Assembly (NCBI GenBank): GCA_045863855.1
Contig: BTVV01000035.1
Coordinates: 1 to 53,649, forward strand
Direction: 5' to 3'
Source: Planctomycetota bacterium
GTDB lineage: Bacteria > Planctomycetota > SZUA-567 > H5-PLA8
Length of the DNA: 53,649 bases
The number at the start of each line of letters is the position of its first letter. Position 1 is the first letter of the stretch. Below, piece after piece: positions 18,101 to 27,009 of this stretch. Below the pieces are notes generated by a model. The model did no database searches. It saw only the letters and a program-made list of their open reading frames with translations, and was not told where the DNA came from. The translations under genes were made by a program, and so were the position numbers.

Positions 18101-18728
18101 CCAGTTCGTTGGGCAGTGGATGGCGTACAAGCGCGACCGCCGCTACCGCTGGCGCGAGATCGCCTTCGTGATTCCGCAGCGCTTCTTCGCCGGACAGTCC
18201 AAGGCCGAGTTGAAGTTCACCGCGTTTGGCGAAAGCGAAGCCACCAGCTACGCCTACTGGGCTTCGCCGCTGAAGGCCCGTACGGTCTACATTTCCGATC
18301 TCCCGCTGCTCGTCGGTACCAGCGGATACGGGCCCTCGGTGAACCGCGACAAGAATGTGCTGGGCGGGCCGCTGCGCTTCTTCAAAGACGGTGCGGGAAC
18401 CGTTTCGGCTAAGGGTCTTGGCACCAACGCCGCGGCAACCATCGGCCAGAGTCTCGTCGTGCTTCCCCTCAACAAGCAGTACAAGCGCTTTAAAGCGCGC
18501 GTCGGCATCGATGCGGCCACCAACGGGCGCGGCTCCGCGCGCTTCCGCGTCCATGACGGCATCAAGCTGATTTGGGAGTCGAAGGAACTGAACTACTACA
18601 GCGACCCTGTCGAGATCGATCTTGACGTGAGCGACGCGATTCTCGTCATGCTCTGGGTGGACGATGCCGGCGACGGTGAAAGCCACGACGTGGCCAATTG
18701 GTCCGATCTAAAGCTGGAGCGCAAATGA
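15153..18728 (+). CDS. Large secreted protein: CBM-like domain, GH39/GH5-like (clan GH-A) barrel with degenerate active site, C-terminal NPCBM/CBM51
   Basis: Signal peptide; W...EPEQGVWDFGWID...GLEVLGVLGF...WA typical of GH39-like barrels. C-terminal YISDL..GYG..RDKN..G.PL..KGLGT.A..FKARVGID..GSARFRV..DAGDG..D.ANW is NPCBM/NEW2. Confidence 0.75.
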   Translation: MLMSPQRARLMLLMLAGLILAAAHTARAGEAAPEPPALEVRLAAGAAYAEVPVRFNGIRVEEGGRASVPVQREFRAPVWGHGVAPVAVEFRALSRGEKRTVRFTGKITDYVGAELAPLDIRVDLDPGQEKVTPIEIQPAKSHQPPFYVRGEWGVVGGPEHGRLELRAGLANQRQNLHSFEEVRYLPGENALEQSPEARKAGRLGLKVTLPEAGQTGQAARKPKGNKKEKPLEEDKAFISSVQVPLNLRLPGRAVKLGVQVKSGQAVKLTLVLRDPGVEFKQANAPDIWHVGPIEVAAGDWREIVLPVPDFGPPQAEAVSHGQANGVVDYPLEALHFIVQGPPDAEVCFDEVGVWTQASRGDALALRVMTDKPSRLLYTHDTLALAVGYGWLDGLPAEVNIRALLEDHAGARITLFEGRQSIPSGGEWYAELPMRGLKLGPYRLVVEASAGEMLRAALPASSEYLVYEPFGKRLDHAELHTLLKDRNRLVAELGFKHDQVPVPWHSTDGSPSVEPEQGVWDFGWIDPACARRKESGLEVLGVLGFTAQWAAPGGNYIQRSNAWFGDTLALPARKIYWEEYVFRTLRQFQNSVDTWIVWDHPEELNGEKAKATPLEYTEQLLEVAREAADRAHPGVKLVSGAVSRTQIEPYLLGLAEAGAPRLLDGIGISPTTAPLAPEDGYLDVTLARAQRIRAQERIAPELWVLGLDWATGDQPGQVGELDQARIVPRAYVLCRAQGIEKILIKPDGTDARPRRDSADLIYPDGALHGLKPAALSVRAVRAALESAKLVREIFLNDRWEGLARAFLFKTTDGSLILAAWRREGRSLLLLPAIPDRAQDAFGNALELAASEGRTALPLNEAPVFAYFKAQPSDELARKLEDSPVRFEDAAESAWKQQVVFHLDVGNEADERAANYSATDARLVGPLDSYYHSEYGTRVVDSGRHFKGEERFTIETAPFGDADILLRKRINYSVPDQLVKVYCNGQFVGQWMAYKRDRRYRWREIAFVIPQRFFAGQSKAELKFTAFGESEATSYAYWASPLKARTVYISDLPLLVGTSGYGPSVNRDKNVLGGPLRFFKDGAGTVSAKGLGTNAAATIGQSLVVLPLNKQYKRFKARVGIDAATNGRGSARFRVHDGIKLIWESKELNYYSDPVEIDLDVSDAILVMLWVDDAGDGESHDVANWSDLKLERK

Positions 18729-20152
18729 ATCGCCAACGCTTGATAACTTTGGCGGGGCTGGCCTGCGCTTGCGCGTTCGCCGTTAAGGCTGGAGAGTTCG
18801 GCCCTGCAATCGCGCAATTGGACAATGCCGCGGCCTTCGAACGCATCGTCGCCGCAGGCTCGCCGGCCGTTCCGGAACTCCTCGCCGCACTTAAAGGTCC
18901 GCAGGCCGGCTTTGCGATCCGCGCCTTGGGACGCATCGGCGCAGCCGACGCCGTCTCCGCGCTTGCCGCGTGCGCCGCCGATCCGGACGGCGAGCGCCGC
19001 GCCGCGATCGCGTGGGCCTTGGGCCGATGCGGCGCGCAAGCCGGACTCGATACGCTGCTGAAGCTCACTCAAGACCCCTACGCCCCCGCGCGAGCGGCCG
19101 CCGTTCACGCCTTGAGCTCCGTCATGGACGAGAGCGTCGGCTCCGTGCTTGAGCGTGCGCTGGCCGATCCGGCCGCCGACGTTCGCCGTTCGGCCGCGCT
19201 GGCCATCGCACAAGGGAAGCGCACGGCGCTCTGGAAGCCGCTCGCGGCGCGCCTCGAATTCGCGGTCGAACGCGTTCCCGATCCCGGGCACCTCGCGGGC
19301 GCCAAAGATCCCGCTCCGCTCATCGATCAGGTGGTATGGGCCGAAAGCGATCTGCAAACCCGCCTCACCGTGGTGCAGGCGCTCGCGGCGATTCAGGTGC
19401 CCGACGCACTCCCCGCCCTGATTGCCTCGCTCGAACGCGCCGACAGCTTCTCGCGCCAGGCCACCGTCCGCGCCATCGAAAGTATGGGTCCATCCGCCGC
19501 GCCGGTTTGCCTGGGGCGCATCGTGCCGCTGGCTTACGATCAGGATAACATCGCCAAGCATATGCCGATCCTGCTCTGCAACGGGCATCTTGCTGTCGTC
19601 GCGGGCCGCTTGGGCGACGCGCGCTGCGTGCCCCATCTGCTCGACAGTCTCAAGCTTCCGGCCGATGCGCTAGGCAAGGACATGGACCTCACCGAACTTT
19701 TCATTCAGACCGTGGAGTTGTTGGGAAAATTCCGTTGCGAACGCGCCGCGGCGCCGTTGGCCGAACTCTATAAGCGCACCGAGGTCCTCCAGCTCAGCCA
19801 AGCGCTCGAGCGCTCGCTCTTGCAACTCGGCAGCGCCCCGGCGCGCCCGCTAGCCAGGAACCTCGACGATTACCGCGTCGCTCCGCAGTTCTTCCGCCTG
19901 TTGCGCCGCCCCGAATTGCGCACCCACGCCGCGCGGGACGGTATCTTGAAATTCCTCGCGCACGAATCCGAGATTGTCCGCCTCGAAGCCACCGAGACGC
20001 TGGGGCTCTACCTATACGAGAGCATCCTCGACGAATACGACTTCCCCATGCTGGAAGCGATGTATCTCGATCCCAACGCCGAAATTCGCGGTGCTTGCGC
20101 CCGCTGGAAAAAGCAGATCGAACAAAAGAGCGGAAACGAGGTGCGCCCATGA
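18725..20152 (+). CDS. Secreted HEAT-repeat protein
   Basis: ATGA overlap with previous gene; signal peptide; repeats AIRALGRIG, AIAWALG, ADVRRSAALA, VVQALAAI, VRLEATETLG. Confidence 0.85.
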   Translation: MNRQRLITLAGLACACAFAVKAGEFGPAIAQLDNAAAFERIVAAGSPAVPELLAALKGPQAGFAIRALGRIGAADAVSALAACAADPDGERRAAIAWALGRCGAQAGLDTLLKLTQDPYAPARAAAVHALSSVMDESVGSVLERALADPAADVRRSAALAIAQGKRTALWKPLAARLEFAVERVPDPGHLAGAKDPAPLIDQVVWAESDLQTRLTVVQALAAIQVPDALPALIASLERADSFSRQATVRAIESMGPSAAPVCLGRIVPLAYDQDNIAKHMPILLCNGHLAVVAGRLGDARCVPHLLDSLKLPADALGKDMDLTELFIQTVELLGKFRCERAAAPLAELYKRTEVLQLSQALERSLLQLGSAPARPLARNLDDYRVAPQFFRLLRRPELRTHAARDGILKFLAHESEIVRLEATETLGLYLYESILDEYDFPMLEAMYLDPNAEIRGACARWKKQIEQKSGNEVRP

Positions 20153-23100
20153 GCGCCGCAAGGAACCTTGCTCTGAAGATCCTGATCGCCGCGGGGCTCC
20201 TCTGTCTTCCGGCCGGCGCGCTGGAAGTCACGCTTCGGCTCGTGCGCGCGGAAGCACCCGAGCAGCCGGTTTCTTCCGTCGTCACGCAGATCGATGTGGA
20301 CGCCGAACGCGAACAGGCGCAAGCCGAGCGCGACCGTATCGCCGAGCGCGCGAAGAACCTGAACCTCGAACCGGTCAAAGAGAATGAAGCCAAGCCGAAG
20401 GCCGAGTTCGACAAGTACGTGAACTACATGCGCGGCATTCTGATCGATGGAAAGCATCCGTTCCAGCGCACCTACCAAGGAAGCTACCTCGGCCGAAGCG
20501 ACGAAATCAAACTCAGCCTTGACGATGGCGAGCATGTGATCGATCCCGGCGCGCATCGATTCACCATCGCCGGAGCCACGATTACCACCACCGATCCAAC
20601 CCTGCGTGTGGACGGTTCGCGCATCGACGTACTCGCGTTTCCCGTCTCGCTGATCGCCGTCGACGGCAGCGCGGTGCGCGCGCTTCCGGCCGAACTCCGC
20701 CGCCTGCCCGTCATGCCTCGCTTGTACTGGAACAAAGAAGACCTGCTGCCTAAGGAAAAGCTGCTCGCCTCTAACGCCACCTTCGAACGCCTGACCTTGT
20801 ACATGCTCGCCAATACCCAAGGAGCAGGCTACCGCGTCGTCCCCTCGGAGCGAAACTTTCACGTCAGCCCCGATGGCTTGACCGTCGTCGATGCGCAAGG
20901 TCAAGCGGTGAACGACCGTGGCGTGAGTGTCGAAGACCGCTTCACCTTGGTGCTGCCCAAGGTGGCCGTGCCGGTTGCCTTGCACGGGCCGCGGCTCAAC
21001 GTCTCGATCGCCGGACCATCGGGGCTCTACAAAGGCAGGTCCGAAGAAGGCGGCGGCGGCCGCAAAACGCCCGAGGTCTTCTACGCGTTCAGTTCGCCCG
21101 AAGGTGCACGTATCGAGTTTGGTCGCCGCGCGAAGAACGGACCGGTAACCTTTCATGGAGACCTCGGCGAATTTCCGCGCAGGCGCATCGTGATCGACGC
21201 CAGATCTGCCGAATCCGAAGAGCCGCGTCTTTTGAGCGTCGCACTGCCCGCCGGAAGCGCGGAATCCGGGCAGCCGTTGCGCGCGCGCGTTCAGGTGAAG
21301 GATGCTCTCGATGCGCCGACGCTGGAACCGCTCGAGGTTGCGGCCTACGTCTGGACGCGCCCCGTCCTGCGTGAGGACGGTTGGTTGGGCGAATCGCCGT
21401 CGCCCGAAGTGCCAGGAGAAGAATGGCGCCGCGTGAACGTCTGCGCCGCGAGCGAACCCGAACAATACGACCTCGTGATGCCCGATCTCCCAGGAAACAT
21501 GTACTGGTTGCGCATCGTCGCCGCGCGCAGAGGAGAGGCCGCGCCGCAAGCCAACTTAAGCGCCGACTTTCTGCAAGGCATTGTGCATCCGGAGGCGCGT
21601 CTCCAAGTTTCGGTTTTCTGCCCGTCGGGACGTCACGCCTTCTTGCGTGGAGCTGAAATTCCCATCAGCATCGTGCTCAAAAGCGCCGCCGCGATTCCCG
21701 CGGGCAAGCTGAAGCTCGAATTGCGCCGCGGCGACCGGCGTTATACCGTCTGCGAACGCGACGTCGCCGCCCAAGGTCCGGGTCGAATTCCTTTTCACTT
21801 CGTGCTCGGCAAGCAGGCCAGCTTGGCGTTGGAGGAAGGCGACTACGACCTGAACGCCTTCGTCGGCGATGCGCAATCGAATCGCTGGTCGTTGCGCATT
21901 TCGGAAGGCCGCAGCAAACGGCCCAATCCCATCTTTTTGGATGGTTGCTTCTCCAGTCTGAGCGTAGACGGCGGTATCGAATTCGTGAACGTGCCCGAGA
22001 GCATCGCCGAAGCAAACGCAGCGCGGCGCATCTTTAAGCGCAATGCAGAACTCCTCGCCCGAAAGGGCGACTTGGCCATTCCGAATTGGTATGTATTCAA
22101 TCCACTCGCCAAGTATCAAGGACGGGACTCTTCAAGCGAAGTGGCTCAAGTCGAAGCGCTGTTGCGCGCCGACCTGTCTTTGCCCGCGCACGAAGTCTTT
22201 TACTACCAAAATCACTTCGAGGCCGTTTCCGAAGCGCTGGGCTTCGAAGGCATGGGCCATATGTCCGGAGCCGTCTGCAACTACAGCCCCATCAGCCTGA
22301 TTCACAGCATAGAGAAGGAAGTGCGGTCCGAGACGCGTAAGTTCCAATTGATTACTCAGATCCAAGATAAATTCGAGAACTTCGAAGGACTCGTGCCCGT
22401 CTACCCGAACACCGATCCCTTGGGCAACTCGGAAGTCGTCGATCGCAATCGGTACAACCGAATGCAGGCGCTCTTGAAGGAGTTCAACCAGCGCCACGGC
22501 TTCGACCCGCCTCACTACAGCGATGCCTCCAACTACCTCCACGCCTATTTGAAGGATCGCCAGGTGCCTCCAGAACTGGCCGAGAACGGAAGACGTTGGG
22601 AGGCGTGGATGACGCGCACCAATTCTCTGATGGGCGAATTCTACAAGCGCGTGCGCGACGCGGTCGAACCCCTGCATCCCGGTCTGAAATTGGCCAACCT
22701 GGGGCCGGGGTGGGGCGCCACCGGAGGCGATTCTTACCACGTCACCTACAACGCGAACCAGTCGCCCGTCGGCGTCTGGACCGGTTTCAGCGATTTCGGC
22801 TGGCAGCTTATTTACGAAGACTTTTTGCGAACGCGCTTTGTCCGCATCTGCGGAAACGAACTTTGGGGCGCCATCAGCAACGCCGGCCTTACCGGTCCGC
22901 AGAATTTGAAAAATCACGTGGCCGGTCATCTGGCTTCGGGCGTGCAGTCGGTCGGATACATGGGCATGGGTACCGGCAAGCCTGAAGATTTCAGAAAGCC
23001 ATTTTACGAAGAAGAGTTGAACGAAATTAGGGATCTCCTGCACACCTACGGGCCGGCTTTAGGCGCCGCCAAGCCGCTGGGTGAAGTGGGTATCTTTTAT

Positions 23101-26100
23101 CCCTTCCATCAAACCATGTACGAGTCGCTCGCCGTCTCGCATCCCCAATGGCTTCCCGGCAACGGATTATGGTGCGCTCAGGCTTGCCTTATGCAGCTCA
23201 CTTCACTGGGCTTCGACGCGCTCTTCGTCACCGAAGAGATGATCGACGCCGGCGAACTCAACCGCTTCCGCATGCTGATTCTCCCATCGCTGCATTACGC
23301 GCAACCCAAACATCTGGAAGCGATCGCCAAATTCGCCGAACAAGGCAAACCCGTCTTTACCGGTTCCCTCTCGACTCTCGTACCGCCCGGCGCCGTGAAG
23401 ATCGAAAACGATTTCAGCGAACTCAGCATCGCCGACAAGCGTTGGGGCCTCGCGTATCCGCAGGACGACGCTCACGCTTGGATCCTGGCCGAGATGAGTC
23501 GTAAACTGCCCGAACTCAAACGCGTGCTTTTGGAGAAGTTCAAGCCGTACGCCGAAGCCGTCACTTCCGACACGCTGGTGCAAACTTTGGCCGCCGGCGA
23601 TGTCCGTTACACCGTGGTTTGGAACCTGCGTTTCCCGAGCTTCATGGGTACCACTCGCATCGCACGGAATCATTCGGTCAGCGCCTTTTACGGAGAAGCC
23701 AACGAGCACACGCTCGTCCCGCAGGTCGCGCGCGTGCGCCTGCGCGAAGAAGGCCGGGTGCTCTACGATCTTTTCAGCCAGCGTCCGGTCGAGGTGCGTA
23801 AAGCTGAGGACGGCCGTCTCGAAGTCGATTGCGACCTCAGTCGCACCCCGTTCCGCATTCTGGTCGGCCTCCCCGAACCCGCGGCGCGCTGGAGTATCGA
23901 GCGCCCCGAGTCCGCGGCGCAAGGCCTGAGTTTCCCCGTGCGCTTCACGCCGTTGGGCGCACAGGGCGAGCCGCTTCAGGCGCACTTGCCGATGGAAGTT
24001 GAGTTACGGGACGCGCAGGGCGGGTTGGTGCGGAAGGAAACGGGATTGGGCTCGCCGGCTTGGTCGCTCGACCTGCCCGCGCCTCTCGGTCCGCAGCCAG
24101 GCAAGTGGACCTTGCGCATCAAGGAACTCGTCTCTGGTCGCGTCGCGCAGGCCTCCGTCGAGGTGCGCGCGCCCGAAGGCCTGCCGTTGGCCGCCGCGTT
24201 GATCGAAGTGCCCGCCGTGGACATCCAGCGCCGCGGCTTGATCGAAGCCTTCTTTGCGGTGCGGCGTACCGATCAAGCCGAAGTCTGGATTCCACTAAGC
24301 GAAGGGCAGCGCGGCGAATGGAAGGCTGTTGCCGAAGAAGCCCGGGAAATGCTCAAAATCCTGGGCATCCGCTCGCGTCTCGTCAGCCTCGCCGATCCGG
24401 AACTGTACGCGGCGGGCGAACGAGTTCACCTGTTGGAAGGCTGGACCGAAATGAATCCCGGCTCGTACATCGAGCATCCCTTGCTTCTTTTAGGCGCCGA
24501 AGCGCAGCATAAATTGATCGAGGAAATCCAAGAGAGCCAGCTTCTAGTCCGTCCGCTTACGGAAAATTATCCGGGCCCCCGGCGAGGTGTGCTCGCGGCG
24601 GTGCGCAGTCCGTTCGCACCCGATCGCGACGTGGTCTGTGCGCTGGGACCCGATCCGTCGGGCGTCCGCGCGGCTCTCAAGAAGCTGGCCGAACTCGGCG
24701 CCGCGCCCGCGCCGCTCGTTCCGCCGCCCGCTCCCGTACTGGCCGCCGTGGAAGACGCCGGCCGGCTCGAGCCCGGCTCGGCCTTCGAACGCATGGACGG
24801 TTCACCGGTCCTCCACGTGGTTGCGCCGCGCAAAGACGAACCCCTCGTCTTCGCCAGCACCGGATATGCGAAGAGTTTCTTCCTGCTCGACGAAACCGGG
24901 GCCGTGCGTGCAGAAGAAAAGATCGGCCATTGCAACATCGAAGGCGTCTGGCGCGTGGGCAACGCGGGCCGAATCCTTGTGCTCGCCGAAGCCTGGATGT
25001 ACTGCCGCGAGCCCGACGGAAGCATCGCCTGGCGTCTGCCCATTCCGCCGCAGTGGCGTAAATCCCGCTGCTTCGTCGATCCGCAAGGCCGCTACGTCGC
25101 CGTGCCGCGCGGCAACGGCCTCGTGATCCACGACTTCGCGCTCAAGGAACTTTGGCGTTTCGACGAATGGGACAGCTATCAGTCTACGCGTGAAATTCTT
25201 TTCGGCCGCTCCGCGACCTGTCTGGGCCTGCTCGACGAAGGCGACACGCTCGTCTATCGCCTCGAAGGCAGAGCGCCGGGCATCGGCGGTCGCGACGGCG
25301 ACGACATCGTCTTCTGCGACGCGCTGACGGGAAGCGTGCGAAAGTCCATTCCTTTCGATGCCGCGCGCATAGAAGCGGCCGCGCCGTTCGAACGCCGCGA
25401 CGCGCCCAAGCTGGAAAAATTAACGCTCCTGCCCGCAGGCGGCGCTTTGGCGCACATCAAAACCCGGCGCGGGCACGAATCTCTCATCATGCTGGACGCC
25501 GCTTTTACGCCCACACAGATCGAACGCTTTCAGGCGCCTACCTACACGGGCGGCCTCTCGACGCGCAGCCACGTGACCGTGCTTCCGGATCGCAGCCTCC
25601 TCTTTGTGGTCGGCGATACGCTTTGCCGTTCCGATCCTGCGTGGCAATCGCTCCGCGTCGTTGCGCGACCTGAGGGGATCTGCACCGTCGCCGTCGATCT
25701 TGAGCGCGAACGTCTCGCGCTCTCCGACTCCTCCGGCGAACTCGTCGTCCTGAATCTGGATCTCGCGCCACAGTGGTCGGTCCCGCTCGGCGGCGCCGCA
25801 CGGCTCGCGTGGTTGCCGGACGGTCGCCTCGCCGCCGGAACCTTCCGCGGCAGCGCGATCATGCTTGATGCCGATGGAAAGCAACTTTGGGCGAGCGACT
25901 TGCATCGCTTCGCGCCGCCGGCCGAAGTGGAAGCACGTTGGAGCGAACTCGAACGCATTCCGGGTCCATCGGATGCCGCCGGCGCGTTGCCGTGGACCGA
26001 CCTGGAGAGGCAGGTGCCGCTCGGCGCCGACCTTGCCGGACTCGACGGAGCCATCGGCGCGCAGATACCGCAAAAGGCCGAACTGCAAGGCAAGCCGTTC

Positions 26101-27009
26101 GGAACCTACCTGCTGGAGTGGACCTGCACGCCGGAACAAGGCGAACTATCCTTATCGCTTTCCGCGCTCGAATTCGAAAGCGTGGTCGGCGCAGGAGAAG
26201 GCTTGGCGCCGGAGGAACGCGTATCGCTCTCCGCGCGGGTGAGCGGGAAAGATTCGCTGACGCAGCGCGCCATCCTCAAGCTCGGCGATCGTCCCGATCG
26301 CATCGAAGTCCGCGTCGCCGCCGTCGGTACCGGGAAAGCCCATAGCCGGGTCACGATTCGTGCGCTCGAATTTCCTTCGGAAAACGTGGTGCTTTTCAAG
26401 GCTCTCTACCGCGACCAGACTTCCATTAAAGCCCAGATCGATCCGCCCACGAAAAGCATTATGGCCTTCTACAACGTAAAGGAAACGGACTCGCCCTTTC
26501 CCGCACAGTGGCTCGACCCCATGTGCTTGGTCAACGGGCGTGCGTTCGAGCGCGAAGCCGGGCTCTATGCCGGCAAGTGGTTCGGCAGCGGGGACACTTT
26601 TAAAACCTCCAGCAACGAAGCGATCGTTCCATGCGCCGTCGAGCTTGAACTCTCGCGCAAACGCATCCTCACGCACGTGGCTCTGGCCGAAGACCCCCAG
26701 CTCAGCCGTATGTCCACCTTTACGGTAGATGCTTTCGTCGAAGGGCGCGAACTGCGCAAAGATCTCTCGGAGTACGAAAAGCGCCAGCTTCAACGCGGCT
26801 TCTGGATCAATTTGGCGAAGGTTCGCGGAAATGCGGCCCCGTACACCGTGATCAAGTTCGACAAGCCCGTCTACACACGCAAGCTGCGTGTGTATGTCCT
26901 TGAAGGCCATTCTTCGCTCAGCGAGATCGAGTTGTACGAGATGCCTGCCTCGAAATTGCGCGCCGGGGCAGGTGAGGAATCGAAATCCAAGGAGCTCGGG
27001 AATGATTAA
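20149..27009 (+). CDS. Giant (2286 aa) secreted multidomain protein (GH42-trimerisation-like domain, Ig/MG-like domain, beta-propeller, C-terminal discoidin-like domain)
   Basis: ATGA overlap; signal peptide. VGIFYP...FVTEE.IDAGELNRFRMLILP...IAKFAEQG resembles the beta-galactosidase trimerisation domain. PGKWTLRIKELVSG; propeller-like blades ending in W; C-terminal IKFDKPVYTRKLRVYV..SLSEIELY is F5/8C-like. Confidence 0.7.
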   Translation: MSAARNLALKILIAAGLLCLPAGALEVTLRLVRAEAPEQPVSSVVTQIDVDAEREQAQAERDRIAERAKNLNLEPVKENEAKPKAEFDKYVNYMRGILIDGKHPFQRTYQGSYLGRSDEIKLSLDDGEHVIDPGAHRFTIAGATITTTDPTLRVDGSRIDVLAFPVSLIAVDGSAVRALPAELRRLPVMPRLYWNKEDLLPKEKLLASNATFERLTLYMLANTQGAGYRVVPSERNFHVSPDGLTVVDAQGQAVNDRGVSVEDRFTLVLPKVAVPVALHGPRLNVSIAGPSGLYKGRSEEGGGGRKTPEVFYAFSSPEGARIEFGRRAKNGPVTFHGDLGEFPRRRIVIDARSAESEEPRLLSVALPAGSAESGQPLRARVQVKDALDAPTLEPLEVAAYVWTRPVLREDGWLGESPSPEVPGEEWRRVNVCAASEPEQYDLVMPDLPGNMYWLRIVAARRGEAAPQANLSADFLQGIVHPEARLQVSVFCPSGRHAFLRGAEIPISIVLKSAAAIPAGKLKLELRRGDRRYTVCERDVAAQGPGRIPFHFVLGKQASLALEEGDYDLNAFVGDAQSNRWSLRISEGRSKRPNPIFLDGCFSSLSVDGGIEFVNVPESIAEANAARRIFKRNAELLARKGDLAIPNWYVFNPLAKYQGRDSSSEVAQVEALLRADLSLPAHEVFYYQNHFEAVSEALGFEGMGHMSGAVCNYSPISLIHSIEKEVRSETRKFQLITQIQDKFENFEGLVPVYPNTDPLGNSEVVDRNRYNRMQALLKEFNQRHGFDPPHYSDASNYLHAYLKDRQVPPELAENGRRWEAWMTRTNSLMGEFYKRVRDAVEPLHPGLKLANLGPGWGATGGDSYHVTYNANQSPVGVWTGFSDFGWQLIYEDFLRTRFVRICGNELWGAISNAGLTGPQNLKNHVAGHLASGVQSVGYMGMGTGKPEDFRKPFYEEELNEIRDLLHTYGPALGAAKPLGEVGIFYPFHQTMYESLAVSHPQWLPGNGLWCAQACLMQLTSLGFDALFVTEEMIDAGELNRFRMLILPSLHYAQPKHLEAIAKFAEQGKPVFTGSLSTLVPPGAVKIENDFSELSIADKRWGLAYPQDDAHAWILAEMSRKLPELKRVLLEKFKPYAEAVTSDTLVQTLAAGDVRYTVVWNLRFPSFMGTTRIARNHSVSAFYGEANEHTLVPQVARVRLREEGRVLYDLFSQRPVEVRKAEDGRLEVDCDLSRTPFRILVGLPEPAARWSIERPESAAQGLSFPVRFTPLGAQGEPLQAHLPMEVELRDAQGGLVRKETGLGSPAWSLDLPAPLGPQPGKWTLRIKELVSGRVAQASVEVRAPEGLPLAAALIEVPAVDIQRRGLIEAFFAVRRTDQAEVWIPLSEGQRGEWKAVAEEAREMLKILGIRSRLVSLADPELYAAGERVHLLEGWTEMNPGSYIEHPLLLLGAEAQHKLIEEIQESQLLVRPLTENYPGPRRGVLAAVRSPFAPDRDVVCALGPDPSGVRAALKKLAELGAAPAPLVPPPAPVLAAVEDAGRLEPGSAFERMDGSPVLHVVAPRKDEPLVFASTGYAKSFFLLDETGAVRAEEKIGHCNIEGVWRVGNAGRILVLAEAWMYCREPDGSIAWRLPIPPQWRKSRCFVDPQGRYVAVPRGNGLVIHDFALKELWRFDEWDSYQSTREILFGRSATCLGLLDEGDTLVYRLEGRAPGIGGRDGDDIVFCDALTGSVRKSIPFDAARIEAAAPFERRDAPKLEKLTLLPAGGALAHIKTRRGHESLIMLDAAFTPTQIERFQAPTYTGGLSTRSHVTVLPDRSLLFVVGDTLCRSDPAWQSLRVVARPEGICTVAVDLERERLALSDSSGELVVLNLDLAPQWSVPLGGAARLAWLPDGRLAAGTFRGSAIMLDADGKQLWASDLHRFAPPAEVEARWSELERIPGPSDAAGALPWTDLERQVPLGADLAGLDGAIGAQIPQKAELQGKPFGTYLLEWTCTPEQGELSLSLSALEFESVVGAGEGLAPEERVSLSARVSGKDSLTQRAILKLGDRPDRIEVRVAAVGTGKAHSRVTIRALEFPSENVVLFKALYRDQTSIKAQIDPPTKSIMAFYNVKETDSPFPAQWLDPMCLVNGRAFEREAGLYAGKWFGSGDTFKTSSNEAIVPCAVELELSRKRILTHVALAEDPQLSRMSTFTVDAFVEGRELRKDLSEYEKRQLQRGFWINLAKVRGNAAPYTVIKFDKPVYTRKLRVYVLEGHSSLSEIELYEMPASKLRAGAGEESKSKELGND

